Positions 8,299-18,205 are shown, counted from the stretch's first letter. The stretch is 64,000 bases of DNA from Bacteroidales bacterium UBA4893 (GCA_002399025.1 DHCV01000027.1:1023-65022), one strand, 5' to 3'. Notes: generated by a model not told the origin, from the sequence alone. Numbers and translations: made by a program.

Positions 8299-9384
8299 TT
8301 ATTTCTTCTTGCAAATCATTATGCTATGACCTAAGCCCAAGCCATCAACAATTTCTTCAACTTCCAAATTTGCATCTCTTACGCATCTTTCCATATCATA
8401 GGAATAATACATCTTGCTATTTCCATTTGCTAATGCAGTAAAATATAGACTTATTTGGGCTAAACAATAGGAAGCTGTTTCGAACCTTTGTCTATCCCAA
8501 AAGGTTTCCATTATGTAGAGCTTAGAGTCTTTTCCCATTGAATTGGAGGCACGGCTTAATATGCTTGTTACCTCTTGTTCAGAAAAACAATCCAAAAACT
8601 GACTCATCCAAATAATGTCAAATCCCTTTGGAAATGCAGTAGTATTGTCTAAAAGGTTGGCTCCATGTCCATGAATTCTTTCTTTGCCAATTGTGTTTGA
8701 AACATTTTTTCTCATCATCTCCAATTGCTGAGGCAAATCCATAATAGTAACATTCACTTCATTATCATATTCCACACATTTCATTGCAAAACGTCCTGTG
8801 TTGCCACCAACATCTAAAATTGTTTTAACTGGATTTTTAAAAACAATATCTAAAGCCTGTTCAAAGGAACAATCGGAATAGAAATGATCAAAACCAAACC
8901 AGCTCTTCTGAACCTGCTCAGGCAATTCTGATAAGCCTTCGTAAATGGTTGCCCAATTGCCAAAAACCTTTAATCCTTCCGGTTTGCCATTAATTATTGC
9001 TCCCTCCAAATCAAACATCCCTAAATAGTTTACATCATGGTTAAAGTCCATATTTACTTTTGCCATCTTGTCATTTAGCAAGAACCAACCAGCTTTTGCC
9101 AAAAGAAATCTATCTTCCCTGAATATTATTGTCCCAATAGTAAGCGAAGACTCAAGTAAAACCTTCACTCCATATTCACTAATAGAAGTTTTCACTGAGA
9201 TTTCCTTCATCGTTAAACCATTCTTGTTATCATCTAACAATTGGAAAATTCCAAACTTAACCATAAGTCTTGAAACCTGAAAAACAATTGGACCAAAAAC
9301 TATTTCCTGAGCCAAACGCTGTGCCTCTAAGGCAGAAAACCTTTCTTTTGAATATATTTCTTTTTGAGGAGAGTCTAATTTCAT
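8299..9384 (-). CDS. Class I SAM-dependent (O-)methyltransferase with an N-terminal dimerisation-like domain
   Basis: 361-aa ORF with the SAM-binding motif ILDVGGNTGRF and a downstream acidic loop (IMDLPQ). Confidence 0.8.
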   Translation of the reverse strand: MKLDSPQKEIYSKERFSALEAQRLAQEIVFGPIVFQVSRLMVKFGIFQLLDDNKNGLTMKEISVKTSISEYGVKVLLESSLTIGTIIFREDRFLLAKAGWFLLNDKMAKVNMDFNHDVNYLGMFDLEGAIINGKPEGLKVFGNWATIYEGLSELPEQVQKSWFGFDHFYSDCSFEQALDIVFKNPVKTILDVGGNTGRFAMKCVEYDNEVNVTIMDLPQQLEMMRKNVSNTIGKERIHGHGANLLDNTTAFPKGFDIIWMSQFLDCFSEQEVTSILSRASNSMGKDSKLYIMETFWDRQRFETASYCLAQISLYFTALANGNSKMYYSYDMERCVRDANLEVEEIVDGLGLGHSIMICKKK

Positions 9385-9409
9385 TATCTATTTATTTATT
9401 ACTTTATTC

Positions 9410-10303
9410 TTATTCCCAAAACTTATAGTAGTTAAACCATTGGTAAGGATATTTCTTTATTGTTTTTTCTAAGGTATTTATATATTGTTCTGCTATAAAT
9501 TCAGCCTTTTTGGTTGAAGATTTTTCTTCTTCAAGGGAATTTAGCAAATAGGCATATCCTTTATACCTTAGTTTTTTTTCTTTCATTATGAATATTGCAA
9601 TCACTGGAACATTTAGCTGGGCTGCTAATTTAAATGTTCCTATTGGGAATAATGCCTTTTTGCCTAAGAAGTCTTTTGCTATTATTTTGTTGCTTCCCAA
9701 AACCCTATCGCAAGGCAAAGAAACTACTTCTCCATTATCAAGAGCTCCCTTTATTGCGAACAAATGCGACATATCATCACTTACTTCAATAAGATTTATA
9801 CTTGATTTTTCCAATGCCTCTATTCTTTGTTTCTGATAGTTCTTTGTTTCTCCTCCGTAGATAATCCCATTTATCTTCTTTTTGTCTTGCCTCAAACAAT
9901 GACCTACCAATTCAAAATTTCCTATATGTGCACTTGCAATAATAAACCCCTTTTCTTCTTCTATCAGCTTATTAAAATGTTCAATTCCCTCAACCTCAAC
10001 CTGAAATTGTTTGGAATTTCCTGCCAAAAGAGCAAATTTATCTAAAACAACCTCCCCAAAAATATAATGATTTCTATATGTTGACAAGAAAGACCTAAAC
10101 TTATTGAAGCCTAAGTTAAGGTTAAAATAAGAAAAGATTGCTTTATATCCCTTTCTTCCGAAGATTAAATAAAATGGAATAACAAAAAACAGAATTGGAT
10201 AAACCAGACTCACCTTTACTCTTTTCAGAAGTAAGAATAAAAAAACTTGACCAAAGAGTCCTCCTCCTGTTTTGCCTTCCCACTTTTTATTTAACTTAGA
10301 CAC
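9410..10303 (-). CDS. Lysophospholipid/lipid A (LpxL/HtrB-type) acyltransferase family protein
   Basis: 297-aa ORF with an N-terminal TM segment, the motif ASAHIGNFE (HX4-type acyltransferase region) and aryl-polyene cluster context. Confidence 0.7.
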   Translation of the reverse strand: MSKLNKKWEGKTGGGLFGQVFLFLLLKRVKVSLVYPILFFVIPFYLIFGRKGYKAIFSYFNLNLGFNKFRSFLSTYRNHYIFGEVVLDKFALLAGNSKQFQVEVEGIEHFNKLIEEEKGFIIASAHIGNFELVGHCLRQDKKKINGIIYGGETKNYQKQRIEALEKSSINLIEVSDDMSHLFAIKGALDNGEVVSLPCDRVLGSNKIIAKDFLGKKALFPIGTFKLAAQLNVPVIAIFIMKEKKLRYKGYAYLLNSLEEEKSSTKKAEFIAEQYINTLEKTIKKYPYQWFNYYKFWE

Positions 10304-10306
10304 TCT

Positions 10307-10549
10307 CTATTTTAGCTTTTCTTCAATGTAATCGTAGAATTGTCCAAGAGTTTTAACATTCGCCATTTCTTCCGGCTTAATCTTAAAACCAAAGTTTCTT
10401 TCAACAATAACCACAATATCAACAAAATCCAAACTATCTATTCCTAAATCTTCGTTTAGAAGGGCTTCTTCGGATAAGGAAGAGGCTTCAATTTCTATTT
10501 CTTCAATCAGAAATTCATTTACTATTTCTATGATTTCATTTCTTGTCAT
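10307..10549 (-). CDS. Acyl carrier protein (second ACP)
   Basis: 80-aa ORF with the motif LGIDSLDFVDIV. Confidence 0.88.
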   Translation of the reverse strand: MTRNEIIEIVNEFLIEEIEIEASSLSEEALLNEDLGIDSLDFVDIVVIVERNFGFKIKPEEMANVKTLGQFYDYIEEKLK

Positions 10550-10560
10550 AAAACTATATA

Positions 10561-11784
10561 TTATTTAATTTTCTTAATAACTAATGCGCTGTTTGTTCCT
10601 CCAAATCCAAAAGAGTTGGAAAGAAAGATATCAATATTCTTTTCTTTTGTTTGTGCTACAATGTTTAGGTTTTTTGATACTTCATCAGGTGTTTCAAAGT
10701 TAATGTTTGGAGCAACGAATGAATTTTGCATCATTAGAACTGAGTAAATAACCTCGCTTGCTCCTGCCATCCAACACTCATGACCTGTCATTGATTTTGT
10801 GGAACTAATCATTGGGAAGGAAGATCCGAACAGTTTATCCAATGCTATTGCCTCAAAGGTATCTCCCTGTGGGGTTGAGGTTGCATGAGCATTAATATAG
10901 TCAATATCTTTTGCCATTAGGTTGGAATCCTTCAAAGCTCTTTCCATTGCAATCATTGAACCACTATCACTTGGTTGAGAAATGTTCGCCCCATTGGATG
11001 AAAAGCCATATCCAATCACTTCGGCAATAATATTTGCTCCTCTTTTGACTGCATGCTCATATTCTTCTAAAATTAGGGTTGCTGCTCCTCCGCTTGGTAC
11101 CAATCCATCTCTATTTGCATCAAAAGGACGAGAAGCCTTAGTTGGTTCATCAATTCTGGTTGAAAAAGCACTTATTCCGTCAAAACTCCCCATTGAAAGA
11201 TAGTTTGTTTCTTGGGCTCCTCCACAAATAACCATATCCTGCATACCATTACGAATAAACATCATTCCTAAACCTACCGCATGAGAACCACTTGCACAGG
11301 CTGCACTAATTGTCATATTTACTCCTTTTAGTTTTAATATGGTTGAAAGGTTCATGGTTACGGTGGAATTCATTGATTGAAAGATTGCACCAGAACCAAT
11401 CAGGGTTGTGTCTTTCTTCTCCATAGCAATCGTGTGTGCATCAATAACAGCCTTTGCTGAAGAATCATTTCCATAGAATATTCCTACCTCATTATTCTCA
11501 AAATAATCCATATCAATTCCTGCATTCTTCATCGCCTCTAAGGTTGCAATATAGGCATATTCTCCTTGTTCTGCTAAGCAAATACGCAGTCGGCGATTTA
11601 ATAATTCCTTTATTTGAAGAGGTCTTTCAACAATTCCCGTTAGGGGTGAACGATAGCCGTACTCTATTCTCATTGGGTCAATTCCTATCCCTGACTTCCC
11701 TTCATACAAAGATTTTGCGACCTCATCTAAGTTTGTTCCAATGCAAGAATAAATTCCCATTCCTGTTATTACTACTCTTTTCAT
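10561..11784 (-). CDS. Beta-ketoacyl-ACP synthase (FabB/FabF-like KS)
   Basis: 407-aa ORF with the motifs TISAACASGSHAVG, INAHATST, GHECWMAG and SFGFGGTNSA. Confidence 0.9.
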   Translation of the reverse strand: MKRVVITGMGIYSCIGTNLDEVAKSLYEGKSGIGIDPMRIEYGYRSPLTGIVERPLQIKELLNRRLRICLAEQGEYAYIATLEAMKNAGIDMDYFENNEVGIFYGNDSSAKAVIDAHTIAMEKKDTTLIGSGAIFQSMNSTVTMNLSTILKLKGVNMTISAACASGSHAVGLGMMFIRNGMQDMVICGGAQETNYLSMGSFDGISAFSTRIDEPTKASRPFDANRDGLVPSGGAATLILEEYEHAVKRGANIIAEVIGYGFSSNGANISQPSDSGSMIAMERALKDSNLMAKDIDYINAHATSTPQGDTFEAIALDKLFGSSFPMISSTKSMTGHECWMAGASEVIYSVLMMQNSFVAPNINFETPDEVSKNLNIVAQTKEKNIDIFLSNSFGFGGTNSALVIKKIK

Positions 11785-11817
11785 AATGCTCTTGTCTTGT
11801 TGAATTATGTATTAATT

Positions 11818-12546
11818 TTAAGTATAAAGCCCGCCATTGATTGAAATCACTTCTCCTGTTATGTAGGATGCCTGCTCTGAAGCTAAGAAACAAACCAAGC
11901 TTGCAACCTCTTCCGGTTTTCCAAATCTTCCTGTTGGAATAAGTTTTTTTAATGAAGCTTCGTCCATATCCTTAGTCATATCTGTTGAAATAAATCCTGG
12001 TGCAACAGCATTTACTGTAACTTTTCTTGCGGCTACCTCTTGAGCTAATGCTTTTGTTGCACCAATCACTCCTGCCTTTGCTGCTGAATAGTTGGTTTGA
12101 CCAGGAAGTCCTTTAATTCCTGAAAGGGACACAATATTTATTATTCTACCAAAACGCTTTGTTAGCATATCCTTCAAAACTCGTCTTGTTACATAGAAAT
12201 AGGAGTTTAAATTGGTGTTGATTACATCTTCCCACTGCTCATCCTGCATAAATATCATAACAGCATCTTTTCTTATCCCTGCATTATTGACTAAGATAGA
12301 AATATAATCATTTGGGTGCTGCTCCGACCATTTCATCAAAACCTCATCAATTGATTCTTTGTTTGAAACATCAAAAGGAAGAAGTTCTGCCTTGTTGCCT
12401 TCCTTCTCAATAAGTTCCTTTGTTTCCTTGGCAGCAGCTTGATTTGAGAGATAATTTATCAAAACACAATAACCCTTTCTTGCCAAAGCCAAACTCACCT
12501 CTTTACCAATTCCTCGTGAGCCACCTGTAACTAATGCATATTCCAT
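11818..12546 (-). CDS. 3-oxoacyl-ACP reductase (FabG-like SDR)
   Basis: 242-aa ORF with the motifs TGGSRGIGK, NNAG and YSAAKAG. Confidence 0.9.
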   Translation of the reverse strand: MEYALVTGGSRGIGKEVSLALARKGYCVLINYLSNQAAAKETKELIEKEGNKAELLPFDVSNKESIDEVLMKWSEQHPNDYISILVNNAGIRKDAVMIFMQDEQWEDVINTNLNSYFYVTRRVLKDMLTKRFGRIINIVSLSGIKGLPGQTNYSAAKAGVIGATKALAQEVAARKVTVNAVAPGFISTDMTKDMDEASLKKLIPTGRFGKPEEVASLVCFLASEQASYITGEVISINGGLYT

Positions 12547-12565
12547 TGCTCCCTTTATTTTATTG

Positions 12566-14095
12566 TTAGTATAGTTTTATTTTTTCTTCTTTGCTTCTTA
12601 GGAAATCAATTACCTTTTCAATTTCCTCATATTTTGGAGTATCTTCAATGAAAACAGGAACAAGATTTCTAATATCCTTGTAGAATTGTAGGGTTATTGA
12701 AGATAATTTATCTTGAAATTTCAAATACTCCACTGCTTGAACAAGTGCTAAGGACTGAATTGCAAAAACCTGATAGGCATTATCAATTATCTTCCTTGCC
12801 AAAAGAGCTGAATTTGTTCCCATTGAAACAATATCTTGGTTGTCGTTATTGTTTGGTATGCTGTGAACATACATAGGATTGGATAGGGTTTGAGATTCGG
12901 CAGTTGTTGAGGTTGCAGTAAATTGAGAAGCCTGCAATCCATAGTTAAGTCCTAATGTTCCTAAGTTTACAAAAGGAGGAAGTATTCCATTTATTCTGTC
13001 GTGAAGCAAATAGTTAAGCTGTCTTTCTGAAAGCATGGTCATCTTAGTTATGGCTATCTTAAGCTTATCCATTTCAAAAGAAATATAATCTCCATGAAAA
13101 TTCCCTCCATGATAAACATTCTTTGAATCCTTATCAACAATTGGATTATCATCCACAGAGTTAATCTCATTTATCAATACCTTCTCACAATCAACAAGCT
13201 CATCTAAAACAGGTCCTAAAATTTGAGGAACACATCGCAAAGAATAATATGGCTGAACCTTCTTTTCATTGCCAAAGAACATTTCTTGATGCTTTTGATT
13301 ATAGAGTTGCTCCTGACGTTTGAGCATAGACTTAGAGTCTTTTGCAGTTTGACGCATAAGCTCAGCAATTCTTCTCTGACCAAAATGTAGCTTTACTTCA
13401 TTTAGCTCCTTTGCGAAGAAATCATCGTAGGAAGAAGCTATCTCATTCATTAAGACTGAGAAAATTACTGACCACGAAGTTAGTCTTTTTGCATAAATCA
13501 AATTAACCAAGCCAATGCCTGTCATAAATGCTGTTCCATTTACTGCAGAAAGCCCATCCCTCAAATAAAGTTTTAGGGGAGATAAACCTAATTCTTGCAA
13601 TACTTCTTCGGCTAATCTCTTTTGCCCTTTATAGTAAACATTCCCTTCCCCAATCAGGGCTAAAGCCAAATGGGACAATTGAACCAAATCACCACTTGCC
13701 CCAACACTTCCATGCTCTGGAATAGAAGGATAGATTCCTTTATTAATAAATTCTTTTAGCTGATTAACCAAATCAATATGCACACCCGACTTCCCTAAAG
13801 TAAAGGTTTTGTAGCGTGCCAGCATTGCTGCCCTAACATAAAGCTCTTCCAAATCCTTTCCTGCACCTGTGGAATGAGAACGGATAATGTTATATTGAAG
13901 AGCATTGAGGTCTTCATCGCAAATGCGATACTGAGCCATTGGTCCAAAGCCAGTGTTTATTCCATAAATAACTTTATCTCTCGAAAAAGAAAAAAGAAAA
14001 TCATAGCTCTCTTCAATTGCCTTTTTCTCATTTTGAGATAATTCAAGCTTTGAATTATTAAAAAGAATATCTTGTATTTCGTTTAGATTAATCAT
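12566..14095 (-). CDS. MIO-dependent aromatic amino acid ammonia-lyase (HAL/TAL/PAL family; tyrosine ammonia-lyase expected from context)
   Basis: The ORF is open to 14146, but the homologous N-terminus begins at the ATG at 14095 (MINLNEIQD). The MIO-forming triad is in GSVGASGDLVQLSH. It is the first gene of the cluster. Confidence 0.85.
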   Translation of the reverse strand: MINLNEIQDILFNNSKLELSQNEKKAIEESYDFLFSFSRDKVIYGINTGFGPMAQYRICDEDLNALQYNIIRSHSTGAGKDLEELYVRAAMLARYKTFTLGKSGVHIDLVNQLKEFINKGIYPSIPEHGSVGASGDLVQLSHLALALIGEGNVYYKGQKRLAEEVLQELGLSPLKLYLRDGLSAVNGTAFMTGIGLVNLIYAKRLTSWSVIFSVLMNEIASSYDDFFAKELNEVKLHFGQRRIAELMRQTAKDSKSMLKRQEQLYNQKHQEMFFGNEKKVQPYYSLRCVPQILGPVLDELVDCEKVLINEINSVDDNPIVDKDSKNVYHGGNFHGDYISFEMDKLKIAITKMTMLSERQLNYLLHDRINGILPPFVNLGTLGLNYGLQASQFTATSTTAESQTLSNPMYVHSIPNNNDNQDIVSMGTNSALLARKIIDNAYQVFAIQSLALVQAVEYLKFQDKLSSITLQFYKDIRNLVPVFIEDTPKYEEIEKVIDFLRSKEEKIKLY

Positions 14096-14128
14096 CAATT
14101 CAGTATTATTTGTTCTTTTGAAAAGGCA

Positions 14129-14136
14129 CAAAAATA
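14129..14136 (-). promoter_or_regulatory. Candidate -7 box (TATTTTTG on the minus strand) for the pigment operon
   Basis: CAAAAATA on plus lies 33 nt upstream of the ATG at 14095. A second identical box lies at 14174-14181. Confidence 0.4.
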
Positions 14137-14247
14137 AGCATATCACTATTTAAGCACAAGTTTCAACAAAGTGCAAAAATACAAAAAAAACAACTTAAAA
14201 GTAAAATAATAGAAACTAAGATTTTTTTATTGCTTCATTACCTGTTC

Positions 14248-15021
14248 TTAGAAAACAAAACCAAACTTAAAGCCTGTTGACACAGCTATCGGGAATTCAT
14301 TTCCAGCTCCCAAGAAACCAAAGTTAAGTCCAGGGTGTTTAGTAAAACCATAGCCAACACTTCCATACCATTCAATCATAAAGGCACCCTTCAAAACAAC
14401 AGTATATCCAAAGGTTGCCAATATTCCTAAAGAAACTGTTCTTTCTCTTGTATTATCTTCGTAATATCCAGGATAATAATACACTTCGTCTTTATCGAAT
14501 TCATACATTCCAAAAATAATTTCAGGCATAAAATATCCACCTGTTAGAATATGATATTTTGGTGTTTGACGAAGCTTAATACCCATCTTTGCAACTCCTC
14601 CAAAAGCTTCAATATTTTCTGGATCTCCTCCAAGTCCAATTGCACCTAAACCAAACTCAAAACTAATGCCTGGCTTTACAGCTCTTTCGTAGGAGAAATA
14701 GGTGTAGCCAAATAGAGGTGCAATGAAATTAAATTTAATTGCATTCTTTTCATCCTTGCTAAAATCTGTTTTCTTTGGTGCCTTTTGTTCAAAATCAAAA
14801 ACATCACCATTTTCATATTTCACATACTCAACATTGCTTTTATCAATAGAAAAAGAGCCTTCTTCTCCATTAACAATCATTTTGTATTTAACTGTATTAT
14901 TATCTATCTCAACAATCTTACAATTCAATTCACCCTTAGGGTTTTTTCTAACGATTATGTCTTGTGCGAAAACATTAAGTCCAAGAAAAAGGACAACGAT
15001 AAATAAGGTTAATTTTTTCAT
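14248..15021 (-). CDS. Secreted protein with a small N-terminal domain and a C-terminal outer-membrane beta-barrel-like region
   Basis: 257-aa ORF with the signal peptide MKKLTLFIVVLFLGLNVFAQ. The C-terminal half alternates Gly/aromatic residues and ends in GFKFGFVF (terminal Phe, typical of OMPs). Confidence 0.6.
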   Translation of the reverse strand: MKKLTLFIVVLFLGLNVFAQDIIVRKNPKGELNCKIVEIDNNTVKYKMIVNGEEGSFSIDKSNVEYVKYENGDVFDFEQKAPKKTDFSKDEKNAIKFNFIAPLFGYTYFSYERAVKPGISFEFGLGAIGLGGDPENIEAFGGVAKMGIKLRQTPKYHILTGGYFMPEIIFGMYEFDKDEVYYYPGYYEDNTRERTVSLGILATFGYTVVLKGAFMIEWYGSVGYGFTKHPGLNFGFLGAGNEFPIAVSTGFKFGFVF

Positions 15022-15141
15022 ATCAAATAATTTTTAATTCGTAATTTGATTATTAGTTTTATAATTATTAACCCTGCAAAGGTAGTATATTATTTCTAAT
15101 TATAATATTTCAGTTCCTATTTCTTCATGGGGTATTAAAAT

Positions 15142-15176
15142 AAAAAAAGCTTCGCTTAATAACTAAGCGAAGCTTT
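15142..15176 (-). terminator. Rho-independent terminator after the 712-aa gene
   Basis: 11-bp stem AGCTTCGCTTA/TAAGCGAAGCT (15148-15158 and 15164-15174). A T7 run follows on the minus strand (A-run 15142-15148 on plus). Confidence 0.75.
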
Positions 15177-15200
15177 CTTCTGTTTATCAAATATTTGTGA

Positions 15201-17339
15201 TTAGATTCCTAATGAAAGCCCAACACTGAATGGATAGATATCTCTTTCCCTATTATCCTTAAAGAGTGGAGTAAGGGCATACTTAACATAAAGATTCATT
15301 GTTGACCAGCCAACCCCTGCCTGAACCTCAAGCTTAATTGGTTTGAAATTATTATAATTTGTTCCCCATTTTTCTGTTATCTCTGCATTTGGAATATCAT
15401 ATTCTCTTTGGAAACCTGTTGAAGAATTTCTAAAGTTAATTCCAAATACTCCTCCTGCGTGAACGGAGAAATCCTTATAAAAGAAGTATTGAAAATGTAA
15501 TGGGATTGTAACATAGTAAGCATTCAAATTGCTTTCAGCTTTTATCAAAGGATTGGTTTCGTAGGCAAGTCTTTTCACTCCATTAATATCAGTCATCATT
15601 ACATTATTTTGAAACTTAAAAGTGTTAAACTCCATCCCTAACCCTATCAATAGACATAACTTCTTATTAGGTTTATATCTATACTTAATGCCAAAATTCC
15701 AAGAGTTTCCCCATCTTAAATCATATTCATTGGTCGGAGAAGAAAATAAATCATCTATCATAGTTACCCTATCAGACCAATTTAATATTCCATAAGAAAG
15801 AGCTAAGACAAAACTCATTTTATCTCTCCCAAGGTCTTGAGCCTTTATCTTTTCGCTTTTGACTTCTTCTGCCTCAGTTTTATTTGTTTTATCAGTTTTA
15901 AAAGGGATGTGAGTTCCTATCGCAAGCAATTTTATTTTTCTTTCTTTAATTGAATCTATCTTATAGTCTCCTTTAAGATTAATATCATCATACTTATATC
16001 GATCTAATATGCCTACCCTTCCATTTATCTCCAAATCTGAAGTTCCATCTCCCTGCAAGGAAAGATTATCTGCTTTAAGGTCTTTGAAACTTACCTTAGA
16101 ACCATTATCCATTTTTAGAAGAATATCCTCTATTTTGGTTTCCTGATTAAAGTTTAGCTTTGCATCCTTGAATAAAAAATAGGAACGTTCTTTTTCATCT
16201 ATCTTAGAATTAATATTAACTTCTGCTCCATCCATTATTGTTATATCACCTATGTCTTTCCTTATTGTTAGTTCTAAATCTAAAGGATAATCATCCTGAA
16301 CAACCCACTGACCTTTCTCATAACCCTTAATAGGATAGTTAGAAACATAGTCTGTGCCAATTTTATCCTTATCTACAAAGGTAATATTTACTCTTGCATT
16401 TTTCCCAATAATAACATTTTCTTCATGGGAAACTGAATTTGATAATCTATTATATTCTGCTTCTTCTAATGCTTCTGCTTTTGTAATTGTATCTCCTTCT
16501 ATTAATTTTATAGCTTCATATAAAGAAGAATATGAAAAGGTATCCTTAATAAATTTTGAATCCTCATCTTTATCTATTTTTAAAGGGTCTCTTTTATGCT
16601 TTGGTCTGCCTACAAAATTCTTTGAAAAATACTCATCATCTTGAACAGCTAAATTATGAGCCATAAAAGAAGTAGCATTATAGTCTCCTATAATCTTAGC
16701 TCCTTCTCCTTGATTCATTACCTCAATTTCTTTTACTTTGCCATTCAAATCTATTATTGAGCCTTTTTCCATATTCAAAATAGCTGCATTTGCATTAATA
16801 GAATTAAATCTTATCATTGAATTTTCTTGTGCAAAAATGTTTAATAAATCAAATTTTGCTTTTCCTTCTATTATAATTTGTGAGTTGTCCCATATATTAA
16901 ATGTTCCAGCACCTTCTGTAATAATATCTTTACTTATAGTTACATTACCATTACCTCTAAAATAGTATGTGTAAACATCATCTGCTAATTCTAATGTAAT
17001 TCTGAATTTGCTAAAATCTTTTGGTTTTGATTCCTCATCTAAAAATAGATAAGGGGAACTTATTTCAAAAACATTGTTCTTTAAGACACAAAAACTGGAT
17101 AATTTATCTTTTTCATTTTCTTTCATGTCTCCAGTTAAATAGATAGCATTTTCTTTCCCTGATCTAATGGTTACAGGAATTTTTGCCCATATTTTGATAA
17201 CTTTTATTGCGTCTCCATAAGATTCTGCATTTGTTGCACTGTTTTTTATCACCTGCTTGATTGTAACTTCCTCTTGAGAGAAAGAATTAAATGATAATCC
17301 TAAAATAAGGATTAGAAATAATAAATTCTTGGTTTTCAT
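15201..17339 (-). CDS. Large secreted protein: two beta-helix-like (DUF2807/DUF4097-type 'head GIN' style) modules plus a C-terminal porin-type beta-barrel
   Basis: 712-aa ORF with a signal peptide. It has two internally similar segments rich in G-x-G/N-I-x repeats (for example GNGNVTISKDIITEGAGTFNIWDNSQIIIEG and DGTSDLEINGRVGILDRY). The last ~190 aa resemble an OMP_b-brl_2/PorT-type barrel. It lies 24 nt downstream of the anti-sigma gene. Confidence 0.55.
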   Translation of the reverse strand: MKTKNLLFLILILGLSFNSFSQEEVTIKQVIKNSATNAESYGDAIKVIKIWAKIPVTIRSGKENAIYLTGDMKENEKDKLSSFCVLKNNVFEISSPYLFLDEESKPKDFSKFRITLELADDVYTYYFRGNGNVTISKDIITEGAGTFNIWDNSQIIIEGKAKFDLLNIFAQENSMIRFNSINANAAILNMEKGSIIDLNGKVKEIEVMNQGEGAKIIGDYNATSFMAHNLAVQDDEYFSKNFVGRPKHKRDPLKIDKDEDSKFIKDTFSYSSLYEAIKLIEGDTITKAEALEEAEYNRLSNSVSHEENVIIGKNARVNITFVDKDKIGTDYVSNYPIKGYEKGQWVVQDDYPLDLELTIRKDIGDITIMDGAEVNINSKIDEKERSYFLFKDAKLNFNQETKIEDILLKMDNGSKVSFKDLKADNLSLQGDGTSDLEINGRVGILDRYKYDDINLKGDYKIDSIKERKIKLLAIGTHIPFKTDKTNKTEAEEVKSEKIKAQDLGRDKMSFVLALSYGILNWSDRVTMIDDLFSSPTNEYDLRWGNSWNFGIKYRYKPNKKLCLLIGLGMEFNTFKFQNNVMMTDINGVKRLAYETNPLIKAESNLNAYYVTIPLHFQYFFYKDFSVHAGGVFGINFRNSSTGFQREYDIPNAEITEKWGTNYNNFKPIKLEVQAGVGWSTMNLYVKYALTPLFKDNRERDIYPFSVGLSLGI

Positions 17340-17363
17340 ATTCTTTATTTTTTATTGTTTATA

Positions 17364-18203
17364 CTATTTTTTTGCTAATACTAATTCTAATTGGTTAAAC
17401 TTAACATTGTCTTGTATATAGATTAAGGCATTATTAAATTCATTTTTTGTTTTTTCTATCTTGTTTTCAAAATTATTCCTTAACTGGTCTACATATTTAT
17501 TATTAATTAAAGGGTTTAGCAGTGGATTACTTAAAAATGGATTAGTAGTTTGACTATCATTATAAGCAACTAAATTGTCTACCTCAATAATTTTATTTTC
17601 CTTAATCTCTTGCTCATCTATATAGGCTATTAAGTTATCTACTTCATATACAACCATACTATTTGAACGCAATATCTTAGGCTCTGGCTTTATTTCCTCT
17701 ATTACTTCCTTTTGAATTTCCTCTTCTTGTGGTTTTTCTGCTTTTGCAATTGTCCTTATCTTGTTTGTAGATACTCTGGTTTGTGTTTTTCCAATTTCTT
17801 CTTTATCATTTTTTACAGAAGTTGAAGGAGAAATGGAAGGAGTGCTATTTGTGTTTTGAACCATTACTTTATCAAAAGTCTTAATGTTTGTATTATCTAA
17901 AGGGTTAATAAATAACTTAGATACAAACACAAAGAGAATAAAACATGCTGCCACTGCAACAAAAGAATATTTGATATATGGATAGAAAGCCTTTGTTTTA
18001 TTTTTTCTTCTTAGGGAATCTTTGTACTCAAACTTAATATTCTTATCAGCCATAAGGACTAAGGAAGAATCATAACCAACAATCATCTCCTTATATTGAG
18101 GATTATCCATAAGGAAAGCCTCCAACTCCTTAACCTCATCAGGACTTAGATTGCCTTCAAGAAGATCTAATAAATATGCTTCAATGTTTTCTTTTGTTAT
18201 CAT
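17364..18203 (-). CDS. Membrane-anchored anti-sigma factor (single TM)
   Basis: 279-aa ORF starting 2 nt after the sigma gene stop. It has an N-terminal helical domain, a TM segment YSFVAVAACFILFVFVSKLF, and an extracytoplasmic tail with the internal repeat VVYEVDNLIAYIDEQ / IIEVDNLVAYNDSQ. Confidence 0.65.
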   Translation of the reverse strand: MITKENIEAYLLDLLEGNLSPDEVKELEAFLMDNPQYKEMIVGYDSSLVLMADKNIKFEYKDSLRRKNKTKAFYPYIKYSFVAVAACFILFVFVSKLFINPLDNTNIKTFDKVMVQNTNSTPSISPSTSVKNDKEEIGKTQTRVSTNKIRTIAKAEKPQEEEIQKEVIEEIKPEPKILRSNSMVVYEVDNLIAYIDEQEIKENKIIEVDNLVAYNDSQTTNPFLSNPLLNPLINNKYVDQLRNNFENKIEKTKNEFNNALIYIQDNVKFNQLELVLAKK

Positions 18204-18205
18204 AA

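Noticed and set aside
12566-14146. Calling the MIO lyase hutH (histidine ammonia-lyase) to pair it with hutU
   Set aside because: Its position as the first gene of a polyketide-like pigment operon, 42 kb from hutU, favours an aryl-starter (tyrosine) lyase. I therefore left the gene symbol empty.
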